Below, in pieces: positions 1-8,238 of a stretch of DNA of 30,131 nt. The stretch lies in NCBI GenBank assembly GCA_043754535.1, contig JAYUUN010000103.1, positions 62,001 through 92,131 on the forward strand. Reading direction: 5' to 3'. The position numbers and the translations under genes were made by a program. The DNA comes from Chloroflexota bacterium. GTDB lineage: Bacteria; Chloroflexota; Chloroflexia; QHBQ01. A model generated the notes under the pieces. It had not been told where the DNA came from and ran no database searches. It saw nothing but the letters and a program-made list of their open reading frames with translations. The first letter of the stretch is position 1. Every line of letters begins with the position of its first letter.

Positions 1-2
1 TC

Positions 3-1001
3 TTGGGGCGGGTAGAGCAGACCACTCTCGCCCGCCCTCACTACTTCAGGGAAGCCACCGAAGTCACTGGCAACCAGGGGGCGGGCGCAGGCCGAGGCCT
101 CGCACAGCACCATACCAAAGGTCTCGTTGGCAAAGCTTGTGCCAACCACCACGGCGGCACTCGCCATGTAGCGTGGGGCATCACTGTGTGGTATGTCGCC
201 AACAAAGCTCACCCGCTCTGCCACTCCCAACTCGCGGGCCAAAGCCTCAAGCTGGGGGCGGTAGCTGCCATCACCAGCAATCACTACCTGTGCATCGGCT
301 AGCGGGTCGCCTACCTCCTTGCCCAGGGCGAGAGCTTCGATCAGGTACTGCGCTCCCTTCCAGCGGATCAAGCGGCCCATAAAGAGGATCATCTTCGGCC
401 CATAGCGGGCCATTAGCTCGGCGGCGGGCGGGCGGGGGGAGAATAGCTGGGTGTCAAAGCCGTTGTAGACGACCTGGGGGTGGAGCCGATAGTGGTCGTG
501 GATTTCGGCTGCGTTGAAGCGGCTACATGACACCGCTCCATCTACGAAGCGCACGAAGAAGCGGTCGCCCGCCCAGTAGTCGCGGCCATGACAGCCGAAC
601 AGCAGCCGCGCCCGCGTCAGCCAGCGCGCCACCGCGGCCAGGGGCAGGTCGTAAGGCTTCTGAATGTGGATCACATCGTAGCGGGCGCGCAGCAGTGCAG
701 GCAGAGCAAAGACAGCGAAGCTGAGCCGTTCAAGCAGCTTGGTCAGGCCATACTGCCGCCCCAGCAACGGCAACCGCCGCCACCCCTCGCGGCTGATGAA
801 GCGATGGGTGCGTACCTGCACCCCTGGGTAGTCGTGGCGGATCGGCCCGCGCCCGCCAACCACCGTCACCGCGTAGCCCCGTGCTGCCAACTCGCGGCCC
901 AACTCCCAGACGAACGTCTCCACCCCACCCTGCTTGGTCGTCGTCGTCAGGTTGAGCAAGCAGACCTTCTGCCCCTGGGTCTTCATCTTCCCCTTAGCCA
1001 T
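3..1001 (-). CDS. Glycosyltransferase family 4 (GT-B), 3' end truncated by the window edge
   Basis: Not in the ORF track because it runs off the edge. Translated by hand: ATG at 1001 after GGAGG, MAKGKMKTQGQKVCLLNLTTTTKQGGVETFVWELGRELAARGY...ANETFGMVLCEASACARPLVASDFGGFPEVV (E-x7-E motif). Overlaps the upstream gene by 8 nt. Confidence 0.9.
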   Translation of the reverse strand, partial: MAKGKMKTQGQKVCLLNLTTTTKQGGVETFVWELGRELAARGYAVTVVGGRGPIRHDYPGVQVRTHRFISREGWRRLPLLGRQYGLTKLLERLSFAVFALPALLRARYDVIHIQKPYDLPLAAVARWLTRARLLFGCHGRDYWAGDRFFVRFVDGAVSCSRFNAAEIHDHYRLHPQVVYNGFDTQLFSPRPPAAELMARYGPKMILFMGRLIRWKGAQYLIEALALGKEVGDPLADAQVVIAGDGSYRPQLEALARELGVAERVSFVGDIPHSDAPRYMASAAVVVGTSFANETFGMVLCEASACARPLVASDFGGFPEVVRAGESGLLYPPQ

Positions 1002-3006
1002 TACGCCTCCCGATCAGCAGGCAGCCACCGGCGATAAGCAGCAGAACCAGGCACGGCCAGCCCACCGCCCCCGACAGACGGGCTACGGCGGCGGGATCGA
1101 GTCCGCTGCGGCTGGCGTACCAGTACCAGTGGTCGAGCAGGTGGGGGTAGTCGGTGCGGTAGAACCAGTCGAACCGCTGCTTTGCGCTCCGCAATGGCAT
1201 GGCGGGCAGGTTGGGTGCAGGTGCGAGCGGCAGCAGCCCCTCCGCTGTGTAGACCGCTATTTGCTCCACGCTGACCCCTAGAGTCTCGTCGCGAGCAATG
1301 CCAACCTGGGCGGGGTTCCAGGTATCGCTGGCGATCACTAGCTCTCGGTTGCCACTGCTAGAGGCGGCGAAGGTGGTGTGTATGCCGTCCGCAGCCAGGC
1401 TAGCCGTAGCAGGCTGGCCGCCGAGCAGCACCCGTACCTTCGCCCGTGGCAGGCTGGGCGGACGATGGTCGGCGATCAGCACGGTCAGCGTATAGGCAGC
1501 AGGGTAGTTGATCTGGACCACGCCGCTGCCGTTAGTCCAGCGTGGCAGGTTGGCCGCCGCCCCCTCGTTGACGCTCCAACCGCTGGTCAGCCCCAGGCTA
1601 GCGGGCGGGTTGGCCTGCCACTGGCCCAGCCTCGTCGCTAGCAGGCGGGCGTGGCCGAGCAGGGGCGAACCAGCGACCGTGTAGTAGCGATAATCGTCGC
1701 CAGCCGCTGTGTTGTTGGCTCGCTGGTTGTAGGTGAGGTTGATATAGGTGTCGAAGTTGACCGCCGCGCCGAACAGTTGCCCACTCAAGCCCAACACCGC
1801 CAGCCCGATCACTGCCGCCCGCATTGCATATTGGCGCACCGCCCAGGCATCCTCTACCAGGGCTGCGACAGGGAGCAGGGCGAAGGGGAGGGTAGGCATC
1901 AGATAGCGCGGCCCCCACGAGCCGTCACCATGCCAGAAGCGGTTGGTAGCATAGAAGATGAGGTGTGCAATGATGATCGCTACGCAGACCGCCGCCAGTG
2001 ACCGCTGCGCCCGCCAGAACCGCCCAATGGCAAAGAAGAACAGGATAGTGGGCGGCGCGAACCAGAAGTAGCCCTTGCCTGGACTAAGCAACAGATCGTA
2101 GAGGCCGTCGAAGAAGGGCGTGACCAGGATGATACCGTCGCCACTACCGTAACCACTGGTAAACGGCCCGCCGAAGGCCCGGCTGTTGTAGAGGCCCAGT
2201 GGCAGGTAGGCCAACCCAAAGCCGACGGCGAAGGCCACTATCCTTCGCCACAGGACGCGCAGTGGTGGGCCTGGTGCGCCCGCGCTCAGGGGCTTGCGCC
2301 CCCGCCACCAGTCCAACCAGCGACCAGGCTCCAGCACCCAGAATGCGAAGATAGGCAGCACTAGCAGGTTCTGGAACTTGGTAGCCGCCGCCAGTGCCAG
2401 GCAGGCACCGGCCAATGCTGCCGCCAGCCACCCGCGTTTGCGGTCAGTCAGGGGCGCGAGCAGGTAGGTAGCCAGCAGCAGCAGCAGGCAGGAGAGCGGT
2501 TCGGCGAAGCCGGTGCGGGCGTGGGGGAAGGCGAAGGTGGTGAAGGCGAACAGCAGGGCGACGCTGGTCGCCGTCCGCACCCGGTAGCCACAGCGCACAA
2601 CTAGCAGGAACAGCAGGCTGGCAATCGCCCCTTGCACCAGCGGATTGAAGGCCGCCACATACAGGCGGGTGATGAACGGCTGGAAGGCGGCTGGGTAGTC
2701 GTGGGCTGCTGCGTTGCCTTGCAAATAGAGCGGCAGTTGCAGCAGCGGCTTGAGCGGGCCGTAGGGCGCGTAGTAGCCTCCCCCAGGGCTGGCGGTAACG
2801 ACCGTCAGGGGAATGTCGGGCGCGAGGTCGAAGTGACCATAGCGGGCCAGCGTCTCCGTGACTGCAAAGAGCGTCTCCTCGTCACGGGCGTACTGATGGC
2901 CGCTCATCGTCAGCAGCAGCACTGCCACCACCCCACAGAACAGGGCAGCGGCCTGCCAGCCGACAGGCGGTCGGTTATGCGGTTGTTGGGCGGCAGGGAG
3001 GCTCAC
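994..3006 (-). CDS. Multi-pass membrane glycosyltransferase, GT-C fold (PMT/ArnT-like), with C-terminal extracytoplasmic domain
   Basis: 670-aa ORF with many TM helices, DE acidic pair after TM1 (RDEE), EP, ATK and WHGDGSWGPRYL motifs typical of GT-C enzymes. Confidence 0.75.
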   Translation of the reverse strand: MSLPAAQQPHNRPPVGWQAAALFCGVVAVLLLTMSGHQYARDEETLFAVTETLARYGHFDLAPDIPLTVVTASPGGGYYAPYGPLKPLLQLPLYLQGNAAAHDYPAAFQPFITRLYVAAFNPLVQGAIASLLFLLVVRCGYRVRTATSVALLFAFTTFAFPHARTGFAEPLSCLLLLLATYLLAPLTDRKRGWLAAALAGACLALAAATKFQNLLVLPIFAFWVLEPGRWLDWWRGRKPLSAGAPGPPLRVLWRRIVAFAVGFGLAYLPLGLYNSRAFGGPFTSGYGSGDGIILVTPFFDGLYDLLLSPGKGYFWFAPPTILFFFAIGRFWRAQRSLAAVCVAIIIAHLIFYATNRFWHGDGSWGPRYLMPTLPFALLPVAALVEDAWAVRQYAMRAAVIGLAVLGLSGQLFGAAVNFDTYINLTYNQRANNTAAGDDYRYYTVAGSPLLGHARLLATRLGQWQANPPASLGLTSGWSVNEGAAANLPRWTNGSGVVQINYPAAYTLTVLIADHRPPSLPRAKVRVLLGGQPATASLAADGIHTTFAASSSGNRELVIASDTWNPAQVGIARDETLGVSVEQIAVYTAEGLLPLAPAPNLPAMPLRSAKQRFDWFYRTDYPHLLDHWYWYASRSGLDPAAVARLSGAVGWPCLVLLLIAGGCLLIGRRNG

Positions 3007-3013
3007 GGGGTGG

Positions 3014-3019
3014 ATTATA
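3014..3019 (-). promoter_or_regulatory. -10 box (TATAAT) 7 nt before the GTG start; probable leaderless promoter
   Basis: Minus strand reads TATAAT-CCACCCC-GTG with no Shine-Dalgarno. Confidence 0.6.
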
Positions 3020-3048
3020 CCCTATTCTGGCCCGTAGCTGCTGAAAGA

Positions 3049-3078
3049 TTGAAACTGGGTGGACAGGTGTGCTAAAAT
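3049..3078 (+). promoter_or_regulatory. Sigma70-type promoter for the kinase operon
   Basis: TTGAAA-18 nt-TAAAAT with TG extension (TGcTAAAAT). Confidence 0.55.
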
Positions 3079-3119
3079 TGCAGCACACAACCCCAGCGGG
3101 AGAACAAGCGAGGGTAAAG

Positions 3120-4949
3120 ATGCGCGCAGGCGACCGAATTGGCAGCTACGAGATCATAGACGAACTGGGTAGGGGCGGCATGGCCGAGGTCTACCGCGCC
3201 CGCGACGATGGCGGCAATGTCGTAGCCCTCAAGTTGCTGCGGCAGTCGGGAGCGAGCAGCGAGGACGTGCGCCGCTTTCGACGCGAGATCAACCTCAGCC
3301 GCAAGTTGCAGCATCCTAATATCGTCGCCGTGTACGACGTGGGCGAGCAGAACGGTACCTCCTTTATCGTGATGGAGTGCATGGACGGGTCTCTCAGCGA
3401 CTACCTCAAGCAGCAGAAGGAAGGCAAGGTCAACCTGGAAACAGCAGTGACCATCCTTGCCCCGCTCGCCGCCGCCCTCGACTACGCCCACGCCCAGGGG
3501 GTTGTCCACCGCGATATCAAGCCAGAGAACATTCTGTACCAGCGCGAGGACGGCGTGGTATTGCGCTGGTGCCTGGCCGACTTTGGCATCGCCAAGATGA
3601 GCGGCGACGCGAACCTGACCCGTGAGAGCAGGGCTATCGGCACAGTGGCCTACATCGCCCCGGAGCGGCTGGGCAAGGGGACGGCAGCCCCTGGCCCTGC
3701 TGCCGACCAGTACAGCCTCGGCGTGGTAGCCTACCTGATGCTGACTGGCAAGGAGCCGTTTGCTGGCACGCCAGAGCAGGTGATCATGGGCCATCTCTAC
3801 GAGCCGGTGCCGCCGCCCCGCAGCCTCAACAACCGCCTGCCCACGGCCCTCGACCGCATAATCCTCAAGATGCTCGCCAAGCAGCCTAAAGACCGTTACC
3901 AGACTGTCACCGCTGCCCTGGAGGACTTGCAGGCGGCGACCGGCCAGCTTACTGATGAGGTGCTACGTAAGATGTACGAAAGGGCGCAGCAGCTAGCCGC
4001 CAGCCTCGACCCTTCTAGCATCCCCGCCGCTCGTCAACTGCTGGCGACGATCTATGAGGCCGTCCCCACCTTCGTTGACCGCCAGCGGGTGGCGACTAAG
4101 CTGGACGAGCGCGAGAAGGCCCACGCCGAGAACACAGCAGTACTTGCTCCGCGCAAGCCAGTTGGCCCCCGTCAGCCCCTTAGTCCGCCAGCGGCAGAGT
4201 GGCAGGGAGACCTCTATCCCCGCCGCAAGCAGGAGCTTGAGCGCGATGTCGTCCTCCCAGCCAATAGTAGTGGCAGCGGTAATATCTTCGCCCACAATGT
4301 GCGGGTCGGGCGCAAGGCAGCCCTGCGCGGTCACATCTACGCCCTCGGCGACGTGACTTTGGAGGAGGAGGCGACGGTCAGCGGCTACATCATCGCGGGC
4401 GGGCGGGTAGAGGTGGGCAGCGGCTGCCGCATCCGCAGCGTTCATGCCGCCAGCATCGGGCTGGGTGCGAACTGCCAGGTGCGCCGCTGGGCGGTCAGCG
4501 AGGGCGAGTTGGCGGTGGGGGTGGGCGCACTAGTTGGGGCTGCTTTCGCCCTAGCAGGAGCGACGATTGAGCGTGAGGCGCAAGTGATGTCGCCTAGCGT
4601 GGTTAGCCCGCAAGGCGCGATAGAGGTTGCCCCCAGTGTAGTAGTTGGCGAACAGTCGGTGGACGAGGAGAACCGCTTCAACCTTGACGCGGCTGGTATG
4701 CTACGCGTGCGTGGCGCAGACGAGCCGCCGAAGGTGGGGGGTGGCAGCGTCCTGACCAGCCTGCTTAACCAACGGCTGCTGCGGGCGATCACCGCCGCCA
4801 AGCGGCTGCTCAAGAGCGAAGTGACCGCTGCCTCACTGGGGGCGGCAGGTGGCGGCAAACAGCCAGCCCTACCCAGCCCCGCCGACCCGCCAGCCCCAGG
4901 CAGTCCCGCCAGCCTCGTGCTGGAAGAACAGGTAAGCAGCAACCCGTGA
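3120..4949 (+). CDS. Hanks-type Ser/Thr protein kinase with C-terminal beta-helix (bactofilin/polymer-forming-like) domain
   Basis: GRGGMA, VALK, HRDIKPEN, DFG and APE motifs. C-terminal short G/V/I-rich repeats (NVRVGRKAALRGHIYALGDVTLEEEATVSGYIIAGGRVEVGSGCRI). Start placed at ATG 3120 because GTG 3069 lies within the promoter. Confidence 0.9.
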   Translation: MRAGDRIGSYEIIDELGRGGMAEVYRARDDGGNVVALKLLRQSGASSEDVRRFRREINLSRKLQHPNIVAVYDVGEQNGTSFIVMECMDGSLSDYLKQQKEGKVNLETAVTILAPLAAALDYAHAQGVVHRDIKPENILYQREDGVVLRWCLADFGIAKMSGDANLTRESRAIGTVAYIAPERLGKGTAAPGPAADQYSLGVVAYLMLTGKEPFAGTPEQVIMGHLYEPVPPPRSLNNRLPTALDRIILKMLAKQPKDRYQTVTAALEDLQAATGQLTDEVLRKMYERAQQLAASLDPSSIPAARQLLATIYEAVPTFVDRQRVATKLDEREKAHAENTAVLAPRKPVGPRQPLSPPAAEWQGDLYPRRKQELERDVVLPANSSGSGNIFAHNVRVGRKAALRGHIYALGDVTLEEEATVSGYIIAGGRVEVGSGCRIRSVHAASIGLGANCQVRRWAVSEGELAVGVGALVGAAFALAGATIEREAQVMSPSVVSPQGAIEVAPSVVVGEQSVDEENRFNLDAAGMLRVRGADEPPKVGGGSVLTSLLNQRLLRAITAAKRLLKSEVTAASLGAAGGGKQPALPSPADPPAPGSPASLVLEEQVSSNP

Positions 4950-7900
4950 GCGAACAGCCAGTCAGCGAACAGCCAGCAGTGGCGGCCAGTGAGGTCAACC
5001 TCCCTTTCGCCGTCGGCCAGACCCCCGCCCGCAGCAGCGACGGTGAGGCAGCCAGCCCCGCTATGGTCGCTGCCCAAATCTATGCCTTGCTCTGGAGGGG
5101 CTTCTTCCGTGGTCTCGGCTGGTGGCTGCTTTCTCTACCACTGGCGGTGGTGGTGGCGGTGCTGCTGATCTTCGCCCTCAATGCCAGCGCAGGTATCGTC
5201 ATCCCTTTCGTCGTCACTGCTGTACTGATCGGGCTGATCGCCGTGCTGCTGCTCAAGCCGGTGGTGCAGCACATCGCACCCGCCCGCTGGCAGGTGATCG
5301 CCCAGCCTTTCGCCGACGGCAACTGGCTGTTCTTCGACACGCTCAAGCAGGAGCCAGAGGACGAGGCTGACAGCTACCACATCCCCCGCGCCGACCAGAG
5401 CCGCCTGCTAGATCGCACCCAGGCCGCACTCGCCGCCGCTCCGCTGGATCAGGAGGAGGCGGGGCTGGACGCGCAGGCCGTCTTGATCGAGCAGCTAACC
5501 GAGATCGCCAGCCTGACCGCCGCCCAAGACTTCGAGCATCAGGTTAGTTTCGCCCTGGCTGCCGACGGCGAAGCCTTCCAGGCGGTCAGCGAACTGCTCA
5601 CCTGGGGGCAGGAGACTGCGCCCCCCCCGGCTCTGCCGCCTGCCACCGCCGCCTTGATGCCAGTGCAGGCCGCCGACATCGAACCGCTGGCGGTGGTGGC
5701 AAGACTGAACAACAAGAGCGGGGTAGAGGAAGGCGCAAGCTCCGCCCAGCCAACTACCACCGCCAGCGTGGTTGAACCAACCCCTGCGCCCGCTGCGACC
5801 AGCGAACCTGCGGCTGAGGACGAAGCGCAGTTTACTGCCGCCGCCCCAGCCACTGAGCCGCCAGCCGCAGTGCCGTTCGAGTTTGACTTTGACAACCTGT
5901 TCCCCGCTGGGCAGCCGCTAGCCGAGTTGCCCACCCCTGCCCCACCCAGCCAGCCAGCCACAGGGCAACTTGCAGTTGCCAGCCCAGCTACATTCCAGCC
6001 GAGCCAGCCAGGTTTGCCGACGGTTCGCACCGCCGAGCAGTACAGCGCATTGGCGGCAGAGCTTGGCGAGTTTGCGACCCTGGCCGAGCCGCTGCTGAAC
6101 ATCTGGCACAACCAACGTGAGGGGCTGGGCGTGACCGAGGAGTGGGCGCGCCGCTGGCAGGAGTTGGCTGAGCAGTGGCGCAAGCAGGCTCCCAGCCACA
6201 CCATCGAGGTTGAGGACATGATCCAGGTGGCCGAGGCACTGTTTGCCCAGGTGAACGAGGAACTGACCGCCGAGGTGCGCCCCGACCTGGAGCGAGTCGC
6301 CAACGACCGCCAGCAGATGGAGGCGCGCAGCCGCCAGCTTGCCGACGAGCAGGTAGCGCGGGTGCAGGGCGAGTTTGGCAACCGCCTGACCGCCGAGCAG
6401 CTTTTGCAGGGCGAACTGACCGCGAAGGAAGCCAAGCAGAGCGAGCAGGTAAACCGCCTGGAGCAACGCGAACGGAGCGAGGAGGCGACGATCAAGCGGC
6501 TGCATGACGAACTGCGCCAGCGGGCCGATACCGTAGACCAGCGCATCCGCCTGGCCCACCGTCGGGTACGCGAGGCGGCTAAGGTTGCCTACCACAGCGA
6601 GGCACCGCGCCTGGTAGTCAATAATCCCGGCCCAATGCTCGCTCGTGGCGGGCGCACCGACCCCCTGGGCGGCGGGGTAGCCGAGGTACTGGCGGCAGTG
6701 CAGCGGCGAGTGCGTGGCATGGACAACAACCTGCTAGACATCAACCAGCAGGTCACGCAGATACGTGGACGCTTTGAGGCGGTGCGCGATGACGCAAACG
6801 CTATCGAGCAGCCTACATTCCCCTACAGCGAGCGGCAAGCGGCGATCAAGCTGCTAGCGACCGATGCCCTCAAGTTGCGCGGTGAGTTGCAGCCCTACTA
6901 CGAGGACGCGGTCGAACTGGGCCGCCGCGCCGAAGCCCTCAGCCGCGACCTCAGCAGCTACCTGACCACCCCCCACCCACAGCCAGAGGAAGGTGAGGAG
7001 TACGCCTCGGCCCGCAACCGCCTCAACCAGGAGCAGACCAGCATCCGCGCTCTGACTGCCAAGATCGAGACGCTAGCCGCCAGCCAACTTTATAACCAGA
7101 TTGACACCTTTGTGCGCCAGTACGACGAGCTTACCCGCACCTTGCCGCCGCTGATCCAGGCCTGGACGCAGACGGGGCGCGAACTGGACGCAAACTCCGC
7201 TGGGATCGTGCAGACCCAGGCCGAGCATCAGCGCGCCCTTGACCAACTAAACGCCATCCGCCAGCAGTTGGACGAGAGTGAGCAGACGGGGCGCGACCTG
7301 ATTGCCAGCCGCGACCACGAGGTGGCCGAACACGAGGCTAACCTACACGAACGCCTGGCTAGCATTGCTGAGGATGCCAGCCGCCAACACGCTGCCATCC
7401 GCACCCACCTGAACGAACTGGAAGGGGCGCACAAGCGGCGGCAGGCGACGCATGATGAGCTGCTAAAGGCTGGCTTCGCCCGCTACCTCAACTTTGATGC
7501 CGAGAGCATGGAGTTGAAGGCCGAGACGATCTCTGCCCTGCTGAGGCGCATCGAGGCGAACCTGGAGCGCAGCAGCGCACTGGTGCAGGCCACCCAACGG
7601 CTGCTGGATCGCTGCCTGATCAGCGACACCCAGGCCCAAACCTTGCTGCAAGCAGCCCTGGCCCAAGCACCCGCTAGCCAGACCTACGACCCAGCCAACT
7701 TGGGGGCTGATCTGGCCCAAGCTAGTAGCTACAACCTGCAATTCCCAGTCTGGCTGACCGAGTACAAGACTTGGCTGTTTGGCAAGCGCAGCTACTACCT
7801 GCTGACCCCGGTCGAGGTGGCTATGGCGGCCAAGATGCGCTTTGGTGGCAGCAGCATCGAGTTGCACGCCCGCAGCGACGCAGCCCAGGCTTTGTTCGAG

Positions 7901-8107
7901 CGGCGGGCCAACCCAGCGGCGAACCAGCAGATCGTCCGCTTCGTGCGCCGCAACTCGATGCTAGCCAGCCGCGACGGGCGCGATAACCTGCGGGCTGCCA
8001 GCTACGAACTGGCCCAGGAACACTACATCGCCCCGCTGCTGGCCTTCACCCTCCGCTTTGCCCTGGGTTGCCGCAATCTGTTCGACTTCGCCCCGCGCTC
8101 CGAATAG
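4946..8107 (+). CDS. Membrane-anchored long coiled-coil protein (2 N-terminal TM helices, Pro/Ala linker, about 500-aa coiled coil, C-terminal globular region)
   Basis: 1053-aa ORF; GTGA start/stop overlap with the kinase; hydrophobic pair at about aa 55-105; E/Q/R/L heptad-rich region at about aa 365-900; no Walker motifs. Confidence 0.8.
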   Translation: MSEQPVSEQPAVAASEVNLPFAVGQTPARSSDGEAASPAMVAAQIYALLWRGFFRGLGWWLLSLPLAVVVAVLLIFALNASAGIVIPFVVTAVLIGLIAVLLLKPVVQHIAPARWQVIAQPFADGNWLFFDTLKQEPEDEADSYHIPRADQSRLLDRTQAALAAAPLDQEEAGLDAQAVLIEQLTEIASLTAAQDFEHQVSFALAADGEAFQAVSELLTWGQETAPPPALPPATAALMPVQAADIEPLAVVARLNNKSGVEEGASSAQPTTTASVVEPTPAPAATSEPAAEDEAQFTAAAPATEPPAAVPFEFDFDNLFPAGQPLAELPTPAPPSQPATGQLAVASPATFQPSQPGLPTVRTAEQYSALAAELGEFATLAEPLLNIWHNQREGLGVTEEWARRWQELAEQWRKQAPSHTIEVEDMIQVAEALFAQVNEELTAEVRPDLERVANDRQQMEARSRQLADEQVARVQGEFGNRLTAEQLLQGELTAKEAKQSEQVNRLEQRERSEEATIKRLHDELRQRADTVDQRIRLAHRRVREAAKVAYHSEAPRLVVNNPGPMLARGGRTDPLGGGVAEVLAAVQRRVRGMDNNLLDINQQVTQIRGRFEAVRDDANAIEQPTFPYSERQAAIKLLATDALKLRGELQPYYEDAVELGRRAEALSRDLSSYLTTPHPQPEEGEEYASARNRLNQEQTSIRALTAKIETLAASQLYNQIDTFVRQYDELTRTLPPLIQAWTQTGRELDANSAGIVQTQAEHQRALDQLNAIRQQLDESEQTGRDLIASRDHEVAEHEANLHERLASIAEDASRQHAAIRTHLNELEGAHKRRQATHDELLKAGFARYLNFDAESMELKAETISALLRRIEANLERSSALVQATQRLLDRCLISDTQAQTLLQAALAQAPASQTYDPANLGADLAQASSYNLQFPVWLTEYKTWLFGKRSYYLLTPVEVAMAAKMRFGGSSIELHARSDAAQALFERRANPAANQQIVRFVRRNSMLASRDGRDNLRAASYELAQEHYIAPLLAFTLRFALGCRNLFDFAPRSE

Positions 8108-8146
8108 TACCTTCCTCCTATCTTCGCCATAGTTGGCCCCCTGCAC

Positions 8147-8175
8147 TTGACTCTGCCTGCCAGCGGTTGTAGCAT
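8147..8175 (+). promoter_or_regulatory. Sigma70-type promoter
   Basis: TTGACT-17 nt-TAGCAT upstream of the 8239 gene. Confidence 0.5.
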
Positions 8176-8238
8176 GGTGCTGCCAGTCGCAAGCTGGCAC
8201 AAGCGTAATCATTATTACATTCGTTATGGGGGTTTAAG

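Noticed and set aside
3..1281. Several plus-strand ORFs
   Set aside because: They are antisense shadows of the minus-strand GT4 and GT-C genes; long shadow ORFs are expected at this GC content.
4949..4978. 15-bp tandem repeat (SEQPV/SEQPA) at the start of the coiled-coil gene
   Set aside because: Only two copies in a disordered N-terminus; simple slippage.
5539..6595. 335-aa and 225-aa minus-strand ORFs
   Set aside because: Antisense to the coiled-coil gene with no recognisable motifs or RBS.
4946..8107. SMC/SbcC or dynamin-like call for the coiled-coil protein
   Set aside because: No Walker A/B, signature or GTPase motifs are visible.
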